Of a stretch of DNA of 64,000 nucleotides, positions 62,856 through 64,000 are shown in pieces (position 1 is the stretch's first letter; each line of letters opens with the position of its first letter). The stretch comes from a virus (Duplodnaviria > Caudoviricetes): the IMG/VR virus record IMGVR_UViG_3300025875_000012, positions 4,647 through 68,646 of that record; one strand, 5' to 3'. The position numbers were made by a program, and so were the translations under genes. The notes beneath the pieces are model-generated. The model was given only the letters and a program-made list of their open reading frames with translations. It was not told the origin of the DNA and did not search any database.

Positions 62856-64000
62856 ATGCCGAAGGCCCTGAGCCTGTCCGGGGTCTTCGCCGAGATCGGC
62901 TACCGTCCCCACGCCGTCCAGCGGCGGATCCACCGCGAGATGCAGCGCAGCCGCTTCCGCGTGGTCTGCGCTGGGCGGCGTACCGGCAAGTCGACGCTGG
63001 GCGGCCACGAGCTCGTGCCGCGCGCGCTGGAGGCCTACTTCAACCGCGACCAGCTGGAGCCCCACGGGAAGCGCTCGGAGCACTGGATCATCGGCCCGGA
63101 GTACTCGGACGCCGAGAAGGAGTTCCGGGTGCTCTACAACGACCTGGAGAAGCTCGAGGTCCCCTTCGACCGGCCGGGCACCTACAACGACCCCATCTCG
63201 GGGAACATGCACATCAGCCTCTGGGGCGGCCGGTTCCTCGTGCACGCCAAGAGCGCGAAGTACCCCCAGACCCTGGTCGGGGAGGCGCTGGCCAGCGTGA
63301 TCCTGGCCGAGGCCGCGAAGCTCAAGCCGAGCGTCTGGACGAAGTACATCCGGCCCACCCTGGCCGACTACCACGGCGACGCCCTCTTCTCCTCCACCCC
63401 CGAGGGCAAGAACTGGTTCTACGAGCTCTGGCAGCGCGGGCAGCAGGGCCAGCACGGCTGGTGGTCGATCCGGATGCCCAGCTGGAGCAACGACATCCTG
63501 TTCCCCGGCGGCCGGTGGGACCCCGAGATCCAGGCCATGGAGTCGGAGATGGCCGCCGAGAAGTTCGCCCAGGAGATCGGGGCCGACTTCACCGAGAACG
63601 TCGGCGCCGTCTTCAAGGACTTCGACGAGGAGATCCACGTCGGCCACTACACCTACGACCCGCGCCGGCCGCTCTACCTGGCCACCGACTACGGCTTCAC
63701 CAACCCCACCGTCGTGCTGTTCCTGCAGACCGACCTCTGGGACAACGTCTACGTGATCCGGGAGTACTACCACCGCCGGAAGACGATCAACGAGATCGCG
63801 GCCGAGGTGTCCGCGGACCCCGTGCTGGGGCCGATGGTGCGGATCGCCCGCCAGCTCTACCCCGACCCGGAGGACCCGGGCTCGACCACCGTGCTGAGCA
63901 ACGCCTGGGGCGTCGCCGGCGCGGGCGGGACGGGTGGCCTGATCCTCGACCGGGTCGACATGATCAGGCGCTGGCTCAAGGTCGGGCCGGACTACCTCGA
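62856..64000 (+). CDS. Terminase large subunit (3'-truncated by the window end)
   Basis: ATG 62856 (not in the ORF track because it has no stop); AGRRTGKS Walker A, ILAEAA Walker B, SSTPEG, ATDYGFTNP nuclease motif. Confidence 0.9.
   Translation, partial: MPKALSLSGVFAEIGYRPHAVQRRIHREMQRSRFRVVCAGRRTGKSTLGGHELVPRALEAYFNRDQLEPHGKRSEHWIIGPEYSDAEKEFRVLYNDLEKLEVPFDRPGTYNDPISGNMHISLWGGRFLVHAKSAKYPQTLVGEALASVILAEAAKLKPSVWTKYIRPTLADYHGDALFSSTPEGKNWFYELWQRGQQGQHGWWSIRMPSWSNDILFPGGRWDPEIQAMESEMAAEKFAQEIGADFTENVGAVFKDFDEEIHVGHYTYDPRRPLYLATDYGFTNPTVVLFLQTDLWDNVYVIREYYHRRKTINEIAAEVSADPVLGPMVRIARQLYPDPEDPGSTTVLSNAWGVAGAGGTGGLILDRVDMIRRWLKVGPDYL

Noticed and set aside
1-64000. CRISPR array or mini-array, suggested by the Cas4-like nuclease
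   Set aside because: No repeat-spacer periodicity; the nuclease sits in a standard exonuclease-ATPase-SSB recombination module

Overview
This window is most of the genome of a very GC-rich (roughly 70% by eye) actinobacterial siphovirus, read in circularly permuted order. The order is: capsid decoration and major capsid genes; head-tail and tail genes (tape measure 1539 aa, large FN3/S74 tail-tip protein); a non-coding control region (16.1-17.0 kb); an early region driven by TTGACN-N17-TAAGAT promoters sharing a TGCCCT(A/G)AGAT box; a recombination/replication module (SNF2-like helicase, Cas4/RecB-like nuclease, AAA ATPase, SSB-like protein, DnaE polymerase, RuvC-like resolvase, primase-helicase); an accessory region; lysis and carbohydrate-active virion genes; and the terminase large subunit, truncated by the window end. 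No integrase, recognisable repressor, partition system, tRNA or CRISPR array was seen. The most striking feature is the only minus-strand unit (46998-52220), a six-gene operon with mostly overlapping stop/start codons. It encodes a small pilin-like protein, a membrane FtsK/SpoIIIE (TraB-like) ATPase fused to a GIY-YIG nuclease, a lysozyme-like/EEP/NlpC-P60 wall hydrolase, two small membrane proteins and a possible DNA-binding protein. It resembles a conjugative DNA-transfer module inside an apparently non-integrating phage. Other highlights are a hairpin-dense ~300-nt candidate ncRNA, a probable +1 frameshift (TTT-CGT) in the tail chaperone, two iteron-like arrays sharing one heptamer, a stand-alone JAB metalloprotease, a mini-Lsr2 and an EEP enzyme in the lysis cassette. 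All functional calls come from motif recognition by eye; no database search was run.
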